Source: a virus. From it: DNA of 64,000 nt. Positions within the stretch are counted from its first letter, which is position 1, and each line of letters begins with the position of its first letter. Both the position numbers and the translations under genes were made by a program. The notes under the pieces were generated by a model. That model worked only from the letters and a program-made list of their open reading frames with translations. It did not search any database and had not been told where the DNA came from. Positions 36,932 through 46,626 of this stretch are shown in pieces. Location of the stretch: the IMG/VR virus record IMGVR_UViG_3300045136_000267; one strand, written 5' to 3'.

Positions 36932-39900
36932 ATGCAGACATTAGCTAGGCCTGTTCAAGAACTTGAAGAATTGAATCCTGATACCTTTAAGTCTGTAGAT
37001 ACATCTCCAACGTTACCTACTATTACTGACATTCCCAAGAATTCTATAGCAGTAGATGACATTCAAGCAATCAGACATAAAATCTTTGATAATGTACTTA
37101 AAACATTATCTTCTGCTCCAGCACACGCTTATGGTAATTATGTTCTTAAATTAGAGAATCTTAAATATGCTGACCCTGATAAGTTTTCTATTCAAGACGA
37201 AAGAGATGCAATTATTAAAGGTAATTCTCTTACTAGAAGACTAGTAGGCGATTATGTTCTTATTGATGCCAAGACTGGGAAAGAGATAGCTAGAAGAAAG
37301 CAGTTAGTAGCTAGAGTACCTTATCTTACTAGTCATGGATCCTTCATTTTCAATGGAAATGCTTACAGTATTGCCAATCAACTACGTTTAAAGCCTGGCG
37401 TCTTCATACGTCTCCGTGGTGATGGTAATGCAGATACTTTCGTAAATACTGTCAAAGGATTGACTCATCATTATACCCTTGACCCTGAAAAGGGTATATT
37501 CTACATGTCCTTTGGTAATGTAAATATTCCACTATTTACCGTTCTAAAAGCACTCAACGTCCCTGATGAAAAGATTCTAAGTGCTTGGGGTCAGAAACTA
37601 TATGCTTCTAACGCCGCTGCCGGAGCTAAAGCTAACATTGCTAAATTATTTAAGAACAGATTATCTCCAGAACAGATAAATCAAGCTCTTCCTAAACTAT
37701 TAGAGAGCATGAAGTTAGATCCAACAGCTACCCAGCTAACTATTGGTATTCCTGCTACCCATGTCACTCCAGACGTAATGCTTGAAGCTACTAAGAAAAT
37801 GCTAAAAGTATGGAAGGGAGAAGCAGAAGCTGATGAGCGTGATGCTTTACACTTCCAGAAAATAGCAGGAGTAGAACATTTAATTCCAGAATATGTATTC
37901 AGAGCACATCAAGGATTACGTAAGTTCATTCCTAGAGCTGTAAGAAAGAATTTCGATTTAAGCGTTATCCCTAGTAATTATTATTGGACAGGCATCTCAG
38001 ATTTACTTCTCGGTAGTGGCTTAGCCGAGATTTTGGAAGAAATTAATCCCACTGAGACCCTCGATAGACTATACAGAGTTACTAAGTTAGGCGCCGGTGG
38101 TATTGAACAAGTAGAAGCCGTACCAGAGGAAGCTAGATCTGTACATCAGACCCACATGGGTTTTATAGATCCAGCAGTAACAGGTAAGTTAAAGCGAGTA
38201 GGCGTAGATTTAAGACTTGCATATCTTACTAGGAGAGATGAGAACGGTAAACTTTATACAGTATTTAAAGATGTAAAGTCCGGTAAATTCGTATGGCGTT
38301 CTCCAGAAGATCTCATTAATGCCGTAGTAGTTTATCCTGGTGAAATGGATAATAAAGATAATTATGTATTGGGATCTAAGAACGGCAGAATTAGATATTT
38401 CAACAGAGAAGAAGTAGATTACGAACTACCTTATGGGGAACAATATTTCAATACAATTACTAATTTTCTACCTGCACAAGGAACAACCTTCCCCCAACGT
38501 ATCATGATGGGTCAGCAAATGCATTTGCAGGCCCTTCCATTAATTAATGCTGAAGAACCTCTAGTTCAGGGGAAGCTACCTAATCAAGATAACTCTTTCC
38601 AAAGAGCTGCATATAAATATTACGGTGTAGTTAAAAGTGATGTAGATGGAATAGTAGAATCTGTAAGTCCTAATAGAATAGTTGTCAGAGACAAAAGATC
38701 TAATAAGAAAACTGTATACGAATTATACAATAATTTCCCTTTCAATAGAAAGACGTTCATTCATAACACCCCAGTAGTTAAAACAGGGGATGAAGTATAC
38801 AAGAACCAATTATTAGCGACTTCTAATTTCTCCGATAAGAATGGCAATCCCGCTTTCGGATTAAATGCTTACATAGCATTTTTACCTTATCGTGGTTACA
38901 ACTATGAAGATGCTTACGTGGTATCTGAATCTTTTGCTAAAAGATTAAACTCTGAACATATGTATCAAGAAACTCTGGATATAGCTCCAAACATAATCAC
39001 TGGAAAAGATGCTTATAAAGCGGCGTTTCCAGGTAAGTATTCAGAGGAATTTTACAATAACTATGATGAAAATGGATTCTTAAAACCAGGTAGAAAAGCT
39101 ATTAAAGGACAACCATTAATTTTAGCTGTAAAATCTGCAGATCCGGGTAGAATAGGAGCAAAAAAGAAGATACTTTCTGATGCATCTATTATTTGGGATC
39201 ATGAAAATCCTGGTGTAGTAATAGATACTCATAAAGGAAGAGACAATCTTTATATCAACATTAAGTCTAATTCTTTAGCAATTGAAGGAGACAAGTTAAC
39301 CGGTAGATTTGGTGACAAGGGTGTAATCGCTAGGATCATTCCTGATAGTGAAATGCCTAGAGATAGTCTAGGCAGACCCTTTGATTTACTAGTTAATCCT
39401 CTAGGACTAGCTACTAGAGGTAATATGGGGCAAATCTATGAGGCTGTTCTAGGTAAAATTGCCGCTAAAAATAAGAAACCTGTATTTGTTCCAGCCTTCA
39501 TGAGCGACTATTACGTTTTTGCTGATAATATGTTGAAGGCCAATAGGGTTTCCCCCACAGATACTGTTTATGACCCAAAATTTGGCACATATATTCCTAA
39601 TGTTTTAACTGGATATAAATATGTGATGAAATTGCATCACATGGCAGAATCTAAGTTGCAAGAAAGAGAGACTGCTGAATATACAGCAGAAGACATGCCT
39701 GCTAGAGGAGGTAAGACAGGGGCAAAATATATAGGTTTCTTGGAATTGATGGGTATCTTAGGTCACAATGCTTTCAATGTTATTAGAGATGCCAAGTTTG
39801 TTAGAGGACAAAGAAATGACAGATTTTGGCTAGATTTCATGCGTGGTGCTACTCCCACAGTCAATACATCAACATTGGTTTATGATAAATTTGTAAACCT

Positions 39901-41335
39901 ATTAAAAGCTGCAGGTATAAATATAGAAAGTAACAACGACACTTTGAATCTTTTCGCCCTTACAAACTCTGATATCGCTAACCTGACTGCAGATAGGGTA
40001 ATTAGAAATCCAAATACTGTTAAAGTATTACGTGATGATGTTAAGCCAATAACAGGCGGTTTATTTGATCCGACTATTACTGGAGGTCTAGATGGTAGGC
40101 ATTGGAGCTATTTTGAATTATCTGAACCATTTCCAAATCCAGTAATGGAAGATGTAATTCGTACATTATTGGATTTAACAGAGAAAGATTACATTGACAT
40201 TCTAATAGGAAAGAAAACTCTTGAAGGTTCAAATAAATTAGGGCCAGAAGCCCTTAAGGAAGTCTTATCAGAATTTAATGTTGATAAAGAACTAGATACA
40301 GCTATTCGCAATTACAAAGTAGCTCCTGCTAGCAAAAAAAGTGCTTTGATAAAGAAGATTAGATATCTACGGGCTATAAAGCAAACTAATCAAAAGCCAG
40401 AAGAATGGTTCTGGACGAGAATGCCTATTATTCCACCAATCTTTCGTCCAGTCTCCTTAACTAATAAAGTAATAACGGTAGCTGATGTTAATGCTTTGTA
40501 TCAAGATTTGTATGAAGCTAATGAAATATTAAATTCTCAGAAGAAATTCATGGAAAATCCATCAGAAGCTAGACTTGCTGTCTACAACGGCATGAAGGCT
40601 GTAGCAGGAATAGGTGATCCTATTCAAGTTAAACATAAGCAGCAGGGGTTAAGGGGTTTATTACAGCAGATAGTAGGTACCAGGTCTAAAACAAGCTATG
40701 TAATGCGTAAGCTTATTGGTATAACTACTGACTTGGTAGGTAGAGCTGTAATCATTCCAAATCCTGCCTTGGATATAGATCATGTAGGTATTCCCATAGA
40801 AATGGCCTGGACTTTATTCAGGCCAGTAATAATAAGAAATCTGACTAAACGCGGACTTTCTCTAGTAGATGCAATAAAAGCATATAATGATAAATCTAAA
40901 TATGCAGTAGATGCGTTACTAGAAGAGATAAATAACAGGGTAGTTATAGTAAATAGAGCGCCAGTACTGCATAGATATGGTGTAATGGCATTTAAGCCAG
41001 TTCTTACAAAGAATAAAGTAGTAGAATTCAATCCTCAAATAACGTCAGCTTTTGGAGCAGACTTTGATGGTGATGCTGTTCAAGTACATCTTCCCATACT
41101 TGATGAAGCTCAAAAAGAAGCTAAGATGAAAATGCTACCATCAAAGAATTTATTCTCTTCTGCTAATTTTGGACTGTTATATCCTCCGATTAGAGAGTAT
41201 GCTTTAGGTTTATGGCTGGCAACAGCTTACGAAGATAAAACTAAAAAACCTGTAAGGTTTAAATCTATTGGCGACCTACTTAAAGCATATAATAGAGGTG
41301 AAATTACAATAAATACGCCAGTAGAAATTGGTTAG
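36932..41335 (+). CDS. phage multisubunit RNA polymerase: beta fused to N-terminal half of beta'
   Basis: beta: GSFIFNG..QLRLKPGVF, GYNYEDA, GDKLTGRFGDKGVI, KLHHMAESK; beta': GGLFDP, PIIPPIFRP, NRAPVLHR, catalytic GADFDGD (41054-41074). Confidence 0.95.
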   Translation: MQTLARPVQELEELNPDTFKSVDTSPTLPTITDIPKNSIAVDDIQAIRHKIFDNVLKTLSSAPAHAYGNYVLKLENLKYADPDKFSIQDERDAIIKGNSLTRRLVGDYVLIDAKTGKEIARRKQLVARVPYLTSHGSFIFNGNAYSIANQLRLKPGVFIRLRGDGNADTFVNTVKGLTHHYTLDPEKGIFYMSFGNVNIPLFTVLKALNVPDEKILSAWGQKLYASNAAAGAKANIAKLFKNRLSPEQINQALPKLLESMKLDPTATQLTIGIPATHVTPDVMLEATKKMLKVWKGEAEADERDALHFQKIAGVEHLIPEYVFRAHQGLRKFIPRAVRKNFDLSVIPSNYYWTGISDLLLGSGLAEILEEINPTETLDRLYRVTKLGAGGIEQVEAVPEEARSVHQTHMGFIDPAVTGKLKRVGVDLRLAYLTRRDENGKLYTVFKDVKSGKFVWRSPEDLINAVVVYPGEMDNKDNYVLGSKNGRIRYFNREEVDYELPYGEQYFNTITNFLPAQGTTFPQRIMMGQQMHLQALPLINAEEPLVQGKLPNQDNSFQRAAYKYYGVVKSDVDGIVESVSPNRIVVRDKRSNKKTVYELYNNFPFNRKTFIHNTPVVKTGDEVYKNQLLATSNFSDKNGNPAFGLNAYIAFLPYRGYNYEDAYVVSESFAKRLNSEHMYQETLDIAPNIITGKDAYKAAFPGKYSEEFYNNYDENGFLKPGRKAIKGQPLILAVKSADPGRIGAKKKILSDASIIWDHENPGVVIDTHKGRDNLYINIKSNSLAIEGDKLTGRFGDKGVIARIIPDSEMPRDSLGRPFDLLVNPLGLATRGNMGQIYEAVLGKIAAKNKKPVFVPAFMSDYYVFADNMLKANRVSPTDTVYDPKFGTYIPNVLTGYKYVMKLHHMAESKLQERETAEYTAEDMPARGGKTGAKYIGFLELMGILGHNAFNVIRDAKFVRGQRNDRFWLDFMRGATPTVNTSTLVYDKFVNLLKAAGINIESNNDTLNLFALTNSDIANLTADRVIRNPNTVKVLRDDVKPITGGLFDPTITGGLDGRHWSYFELSEPFPNPVMEDVIRTLLDLTEKDYIDILIGKKTLEGSNKLGPEALKEVLSEFNVDKELDTAIRNYKVAPASKKSALIKKIRYLRAIKQTNQKPEEWFWTRMPIIPPIFRPVSLTNKVITVADVNALYQDLYEANEILNSQKKFMENPSEARLAVYNGMKAVAGIGDPIQVKHKQQGLRGLLQQIVGTRSKTSYVMRKLIGITTDLVGRAVIIPNPALDIDHVGIPIEMAWTLFRPVIIRNLTKRGLSLVDAIKAYNDKSKYAVDALLEEINNRVVIVNRAPVLHRYGVMAFKPVLTKNKVVEFNPQITSAFGADFDGDAVQVHLPILDEAQKEAKMKMLPSKNLFSSANFGLLYPPIREYALGLWLATAYEDKTKKPVRFKSIGDLLKAYNRGEITINTPVEIG

Positions 41336-41358
41336 TCTTTTTTATTAGGAGAGTTTGA

Positions 41359-41952
41359 ATGAAAGGTTCTCATTTATTTCAATTAGATCCTAATGCTTTC
41401 ATGAAGGCTTTAGCTAAATTAGCTTCCGAAAAGAACGCCTTTGTTCCTCCTGGTGGCGGTGCTCCTCCTGGTGCTCCTCCTGGAGGTATGCCTATGGATC
41501 CTGCCATGATGGGTATGGCAGCTCCTCCCGGTGGTGGTGCTACTCCAATGGATCCTGCCATGATGGGTATGGCTCCTCCGCCTGGAGGTATGCCTATGGA
41601 TCCATCAATGATGGGTGGCGGGGCTCCTCCTGGTGGAGGCGCTCCTCCTCCGATGGGCGGTGGGCTTCCTCCGGAATTGATGCAGTTATTAGCTTCTCCG
41701 CCCGGCGGTGCTCCTGAGTCCACTGATAATTCTGGCGCTCCTGGCTCTGAAGTCGGTGAGGAGCAAGGTACCGGTACTTCTACCAGTACTCTAATGGAAA
41801 TGAAACCCGAAGAGTTCAAAACCTTAGTGATTGATGCTGTAGAAAAAGGTTTCGCTAATTCTGCAGATTCAATGTTAAGGGTACTAGAAGATATTAGAGA
41901 TGCTTTAACTAATAAGGCTGGTACTTCTAGAGGCGAGAACGAGAACCTCTAA
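41359..41952 (+). CDS. Gly/Pro/Met low-complexity protein between the RNAP genes
   Basis: PMDP(A/S)MMG repeats; N-terminal AKLASEKNAF. Confidence 0.75.
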   Translation: MKGSHLFQLDPNAFMKALAKLASEKNAFVPPGGGAPPGAPPGGMPMDPAMMGMAAPPGGGATPMDPAMMGMAPPPGGMPMDPSMMGGGAPPGGGAPPPMGGGLPPELMQLLASPPGGAPESTDNSGAPGSEVGEEQGTGTSTSTLMEMKPEEFKTLVIDAVEKGFANSADSMLRVLEDIRDALTNKAGTSRGENENL

Positions 41953-41959
41953 TTAATTA

Positions 41960-43810
41960 ATGACTACAGCAGGTGCTGTTTTAATAAATGCAATATTACC
42001 AGAGGATATAAAAGTATCTGGTACTTTAGACGTAAAAGAGATAAGGGCTCTTTTGTCTAAAGTAGCTCAGAAGTATCCAGATAAATTTCCAGAGATTTCT
42101 TTGAAGTTAGGGAACTTGGGTGCCGATTTTGCATATCGGCACCCAAAGTCTTCTTTTTCTTGGGAGGAATTAGCTCCTACATACGAATTAGATAATCTAA
42201 GAAAAGATTTATATTCTAAAGTTAGAGAAATAATTTCCGATTCCACTACAGACTGGGATAAAAAGTCTAGTAAAATAATAGATATAGTATCTAAATATGA
42301 TGATCTCTTCTTGGAAAAAACCAAAGAGATATTGAAACAGAGAGGTGGGGCTCTTTACGGTCAGTCTTCTTCTGGTACTAGAGGTAAACCTGTAGATATT
42401 AGAAGACTTCTAACGGGTGATATTCTCTACGTAGATCATAAGAATCGACCTATTCCTGTTCCAGTATTACGCGGTTATTCAATGGGTCTAAGACCAAGCG
42501 AATACTGGCTAGCAACTTTCGGCGCCAGAAAAGGATTCGTGACTACGAATCTTGGAACAGCAGATGCTGGGTACCTAAGCAAACAATTAACTAATGCTGC
42601 TCATAGACTTATAGTCACTGCTGTTGATTATAAAGGTAAGGATCCACTACCTATTGGATTACCAGTAGATACTTCAGATCCTGATAATGCTGGTAGCTTT
42701 CTTGCCGCAGATGTAGGCGGCTATAAACGAAATACTTTATTAACTCCAGAGATATTAGCTGATTTGAAAAATAAAGGTTTTAACCAGATTCTTGTCAGAA
42801 GCGTTTTAACCAAAAGACTACCAGGTGGTGGAGTAACTGCTAAAGATGTTGGATTAATGGAAAACGGTAGAATGTTAAGCCCAGGGGATATGATTGGAAT
42901 AATTGCTTCTCAATCTCTAGGTGAACCTGTAACACAAATGGTTATTGGGGCTAAACATTCTGGTGGTACTTCTAAGACTAAGATAGACATTGGTTCTTTG
43001 ATTCTAGCTTTGCAAGTACCCAAACAATATAGGGGAGCTGTACATACCGACAATGCAGGTACTGTTAAAAACATTACGGATGCTTCTGCTGGTGGTAAGA
43101 TTGTTACCATTGATAATGAACAGTATTACGTACCTCCGCAAGAAGAAGTAAATGTAAAAATTGGTGACTTTGTAGAAGCTGGTGATCCTATTAGTTCTGG
43201 AATTCCAAATATTTCTAAGTTAGTACAGCATAAAGGCATTGGAGAAGGTAGAAGGAAATATGTAGAATTATTAAGAGATATTTATAAGCAAACAGGTTTT
43301 AATATAATAAGAAGAAACTTTGAAATATTAGTTTCTGGATTAATAGATCATGTAAAATTAACTCAACCCATAGGGAATTACATTCCTGGAGATGTGGTAT
43401 CTTACACGTGGTTAGAATCTAAGTGGACACCACGGGAAGGTAGTAAATGGATATCAGTAGATAAAGCTGCAGGAAAATATCTAGAATTGCCAGTTTTACA
43501 TTATACTATCGGAACAGCTATTGCACCATCTATGGTGAAAATATTAAAACAATTTAATATTGACAATGTTTTAGTACATGACGATCCTCCGCCATTTGAA
43601 CCTTACATGGTTCCGGCTGCTAAAGTTATTGATTATGATCCAGATTGGTTAGTACGATTTTTAGGTGGTACCTTTGGACAGAAGAGAAGCTTAATAAAAG
43701 CTGTTAGTGAGGGACATAAGAGTGAGATTTTCTCTACTTCTTATGTACCTCCTTTCGTTACCGGGAAAGCATTTGCCACGGAGTGGCCTAAAAAGATTCT
43801 GCAAAGTTGA
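41960..43810 (+). CDS. phage RNA polymerase beta' C-terminal half
   Basis: SGTRG, bridge helix GARKGFVTTNLGTADAGYL, trigger loop SQSLGEPVTQM..KHSGG, RNFEILV. Confidence 0.93.
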   Translation: MTTAGAVLINAILPEDIKVSGTLDVKEIRALLSKVAQKYPDKFPEISLKLGNLGADFAYRHPKSSFSWEELAPTYELDNLRKDLYSKVREIISDSTTDWDKKSSKIIDIVSKYDDLFLEKTKEILKQRGGALYGQSSSGTRGKPVDIRRLLTGDILYVDHKNRPIPVPVLRGYSMGLRPSEYWLATFGARKGFVTTNLGTADAGYLSKQLTNAAHRLIVTAVDYKGKDPLPIGLPVDTSDPDNAGSFLAADVGGYKRNTLLTPEILADLKNKGFNQILVRSVLTKRLPGGGVTAKDVGLMENGRMLSPGDMIGIIASQSLGEPVTQMVIGAKHSGGTSKTKIDIGSLILALQVPKQYRGAVHTDNAGTVKNITDASAGGKIVTIDNEQYYVPPQEEVNVKIGDFVEAGDPISSGIPNISKLVQHKGIGEGRRKYVELLRDIYKQTGFNIIRRNFEILVSGLIDHVKLTQPIGNYIPGDVVSYTWLESKWTPREGSKWISVDKAAGKYLELPVLHYTIGTAIAPSMVKILKQFNIDNVLVHDDPPPFEPYMVPAAKVIDYDPDWLVRFLGGTFGQKRSLIKAVSEGHKSEIFSTSYVPPFVTGKAFATEWPKKILQS

Positions 43811-43830
43811 TGCAAATGAGTTTTTGAATT

Positions 43831-46167
43831 ATGACTTCTAGCTTAAGTACTAGTTTTTCTGTCTTAAGAAAATTACCTGAAAAGAGGTTTCTGGGTAATT
43901 ATAAATTTGCAGCCGCAGAGGGGGATGAAGGTAATTATGAAGCTGCTTTGAGCAACATTGCTCATGCTTATATACAAGACGTAGCCCCAGATCTACTTCC
44001 TTATGAATTGGGATTTCAGTTAGTTGAAAAGAACAGAGACGCTAATAGAGCCCTTGGTGTATTTGGTTTTAAGATAAACAACTTAGTTTGTTATATTCCT
44101 ATTTTCTTTATTGATGGAGACATTTTTGGCCTAGATCTTCTCTTTGTTCATAATTTTAAGCGCTGGATTCCTCTTGAGAGAGAATTTGTAAAGAAATTAA
44201 TTAATTCTTCTAAAGCAGCTGTAGGTAGTCCAGTAGATGCTCTATCTAAATCGTTATTATCTGAATTACCTAATTTAATGCAATTTAAGCCTTATACGCT
44301 CAAGTGGGCTATGGACCTACCTGAATGGCTAAGACCTTTCTCTGTAGAACTAGTAAATAACAAAAGAGCACCTAAAGTAGAGAGAAAAGAGAGATTATTA
44401 GATTTACTTTCTAAATCCGCTTCTGCCGCAAGGAAATTTAGTGAATTTTTACTTGAGCATCCTATTTACATTAAATCTTTTGACAAAGCCTATGGTTTGA
44501 ATCGTATTAAAGAAGCTATTAAAACAGCGGCTGATACTGACAAAAAACCAGTAATTCCTTCATTGGAGGAATCTGGTAAACCTGCTGATGTAGAGATTTA
44601 TACTAATATCCATTCAGACGCTATTCATAAACTTACTGAGACAGAATTGGCCACCCTTAGAAGACAAGGATATTATGTAAAGGATAAGAGAAATAAAACT
44701 ACTATTATAAAACCGTATGAATTTAACAATAAGAAAGCACAGACGGTAGATAAAGCAGGTTTTTATCATCTATTACTTGCCGATCTATCTAGAGTGTGTG
44801 CTTTTGTAGTACCTATCGTAGCTGAATTTGATGAAGATGTTTATTCGTCTTCTAATGAGAACGAAAGAAAGCGTCGTGATAAGCATATTAAGCATTCTTA
44901 TTTAGTAGTTCCTATTTATAGAATGGCAGAAGATGGTGAAATCTTAAAGACTTATTCTGGTGACCTTGGCTTTGTCGCTTATTCTGATAGCTTAGTGGCT
45001 ATTAATACTCCAAAAGACTATGATAAACATTCTATTAATGACTTTAAGTCATTAAGAAATATCGAAGGTAATAAAGATTATTACAGCAGATATATAGTAT
45101 TTACAGCAAATAATGCTACTCCTCCTATTAGGCAGTTAAAGAAATTAGATAAACAACATAGAGGTAGGACACTATTCTCTGTAGACTTAGACTGTGGTTG
45201 TGTATCTGAGGGACCAATCGAGCCATATCCTACCCATCTTGTATTAGATCCTGTTCTAACTAATGAAATTAAGTTCCATAAGAGATTTGATAATAATGCT
45301 AAATGGAATGAAAAGTCTATAAGATTACATGTTCCTGTCAATGCTAAATATGTGAAACTAATAAACGATTATGTAGACTCTGATTCTGAAGAGGCAGAAA
45401 TAAATAGTATTAGGCATGGTCTTGTTAGTTCTAATGACATTTTACGTACTCTTCTTAAGAGTGCAGATGGTGAATTAAAGGCATTTGAAATATCTAACGA
45501 TGAGGTAATCATTAATAACAAACCCTTGAATAAGAAAGCTGCCTTTCAACATCTAATTCTAGACTATGGCTTGAGTGAAGCTGACGCTAAAGAAGTATTG
45601 AAGAAAGTTGCATATAAGAAGGAAGCTAGATACGTCTATAAAAAAGCAGATGATATGAATTTTCCAAATGCTCCTCCGCCTCCAGGAGGACCTGCATTGG
45701 AAAAGATGCAGCCTTATCTAGGTTCGTTTGGACAAGCTCCTGCAACTAGTCCTCTTTACTCTATTCTAGTAAATCAAATTCCAGGCCTCCCATTGCCTGA
45801 TAATCCTTATTCTGATCTCAAAGGTACTATTGATTTTGATAAGATTGTCAATCAAGCGATTCAATCCGGGGAAAAAGAAATTCTGGACACTAGCGTATTT
45901 ACTGGTTTGATCCATGCTACTGATGAGAGAGAATTAATAGATAAATATTTTGATGACATAGTAGATGGTCTAAATGCTATTGGACAACTATTATTTAATA
46001 TTTACATGCATAAAGACAAAATTGAAGAAGTATATGGTAAAGAATCTTATAAAGAGATAGAAAATCTAGTTAGAAATAATTTCAGAAATTTAGGAAAGAT
46101 GGTAGTAAGGTTATTCAATAGACCTAATACTTCTAACTTCAAACCATTAACTTCTTTAGAGGTGTAA
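43831..46167 (+). CDS. large K-x-A-rich prohead core candidate
   Basis: YKFAA, LKWAM, SKSAS, IKTAA, LKSAD, NKKAA, KKVAYKKEA, YKKAD. Confidence 0.65.
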   Translation: MTSSLSTSFSVLRKLPEKRFLGNYKFAAAEGDEGNYEAALSNIAHAYIQDVAPDLLPYELGFQLVEKNRDANRALGVFGFKINNLVCYIPIFFIDGDIFGLDLLFVHNFKRWIPLEREFVKKLINSSKAAVGSPVDALSKSLLSELPNLMQFKPYTLKWAMDLPEWLRPFSVELVNNKRAPKVERKERLLDLLSKSASAARKFSEFLLEHPIYIKSFDKAYGLNRIKEAIKTAADTDKKPVIPSLEESGKPADVEIYTNIHSDAIHKLTETELATLRRQGYYVKDKRNKTTIIKPYEFNNKKAQTVDKAGFYHLLLADLSRVCAFVVPIVAEFDEDVYSSSNENERKRRDKHIKHSYLVVPIYRMAEDGEILKTYSGDLGFVAYSDSLVAINTPKDYDKHSINDFKSLRNIEGNKDYYSRYIVFTANNATPPIRQLKKLDKQHRGRTLFSVDLDCGCVSEGPIEPYPTHLVLDPVLTNEIKFHKRFDNNAKWNEKSIRLHVPVNAKYVKLINDYVDSDSEEAEINSIRHGLVSSNDILRTLLKSADGELKAFEISNDEVIINNKPLNKKAAFQHLILDYGLSEADAKEVLKKVAYKKEARYVYKKADDMNFPNAPPPPGGPALEKMQPYLGSFGQAPATSPLYSILVNQIPGLPLPDNPYSDLKGTIDFDKIVNQAIQSGEKEILDTSVFTGLIHATDERELIDKYFDDIVDGLNAIGQLLFNIYMHKDKIEEVYGKESYKEIENLVRNNFRNLGKMVVRLFNRPNTSNFKPLTSLEV

Positions 46168-46170
46168 TAA

Positions 46171-46626
46171 ATGTTTACATATGAACGTACAATAGGCGAT
46201 TTACAGATACCTGATAATGAAACGGAATATGGTTTTGCTATTTCCGTGCCGTTCTACGGAAAAGTTAAGAAATTAGTAGTAAAACAAACGGGTGGTACTT
46301 CGGTACCATTTACAGTTAATCTCTATAGCGCTAGAGTAGTAAAAACGGCTAACAATCCAACTCCAGCTATTAACCTCAGTGTTACACCAAAAGAATTATA
46401 CAAAATAATTCCGACTCAAGCGCAGGTATCTGCTGGTGGAACCTATACTCTAATAACTGACAATGATGGTTATGCTTATATGAATATTGATGTTTCTCCT
46501 ATTACTTCAGCACCGTCTATGGCAAATCCAACACGCAATATTTATGTAGCTATTACTCTTGGATCCGCTGCGCCAAATGTAACAACGTGGTCTGTTGGTA
46601 TTGCTCTTTGCACTGAAGGTAATTGA
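46171..46626 (+). CDS. beta-rich structural candidate
   Basis: 151 aa, Thr/Val/Pro-rich. Confidence 0.6.
   Translation: MFTYERTIGDLQIPDNETEYGFAISVPFYGKVKKLVVKQTGGTSVPFTVNLYSARVVKTANNPTPAINLSVTPKELYKIIPTQAQVSAGGTYTLITDNDGYAYMNIDVSPITSAPSMANPTRNIYVAITLGSAAPNVTTWSVGIALCTEGN

Noticed and set aside
41379-41819. Minus-strand and nested ORFs such as 41379..41819, 26924..27238, 8829..9155, 50650..51072, 29941..30387
   Set aside because: Shadows of low-complexity or long + strand genes; no independent coding signal
36932-43810. Host chromosomal rpoB/rpoC
   Set aside because: No ribosomal-protein context, flanked by virion genes, zinc sites lost, atypical fusion and split
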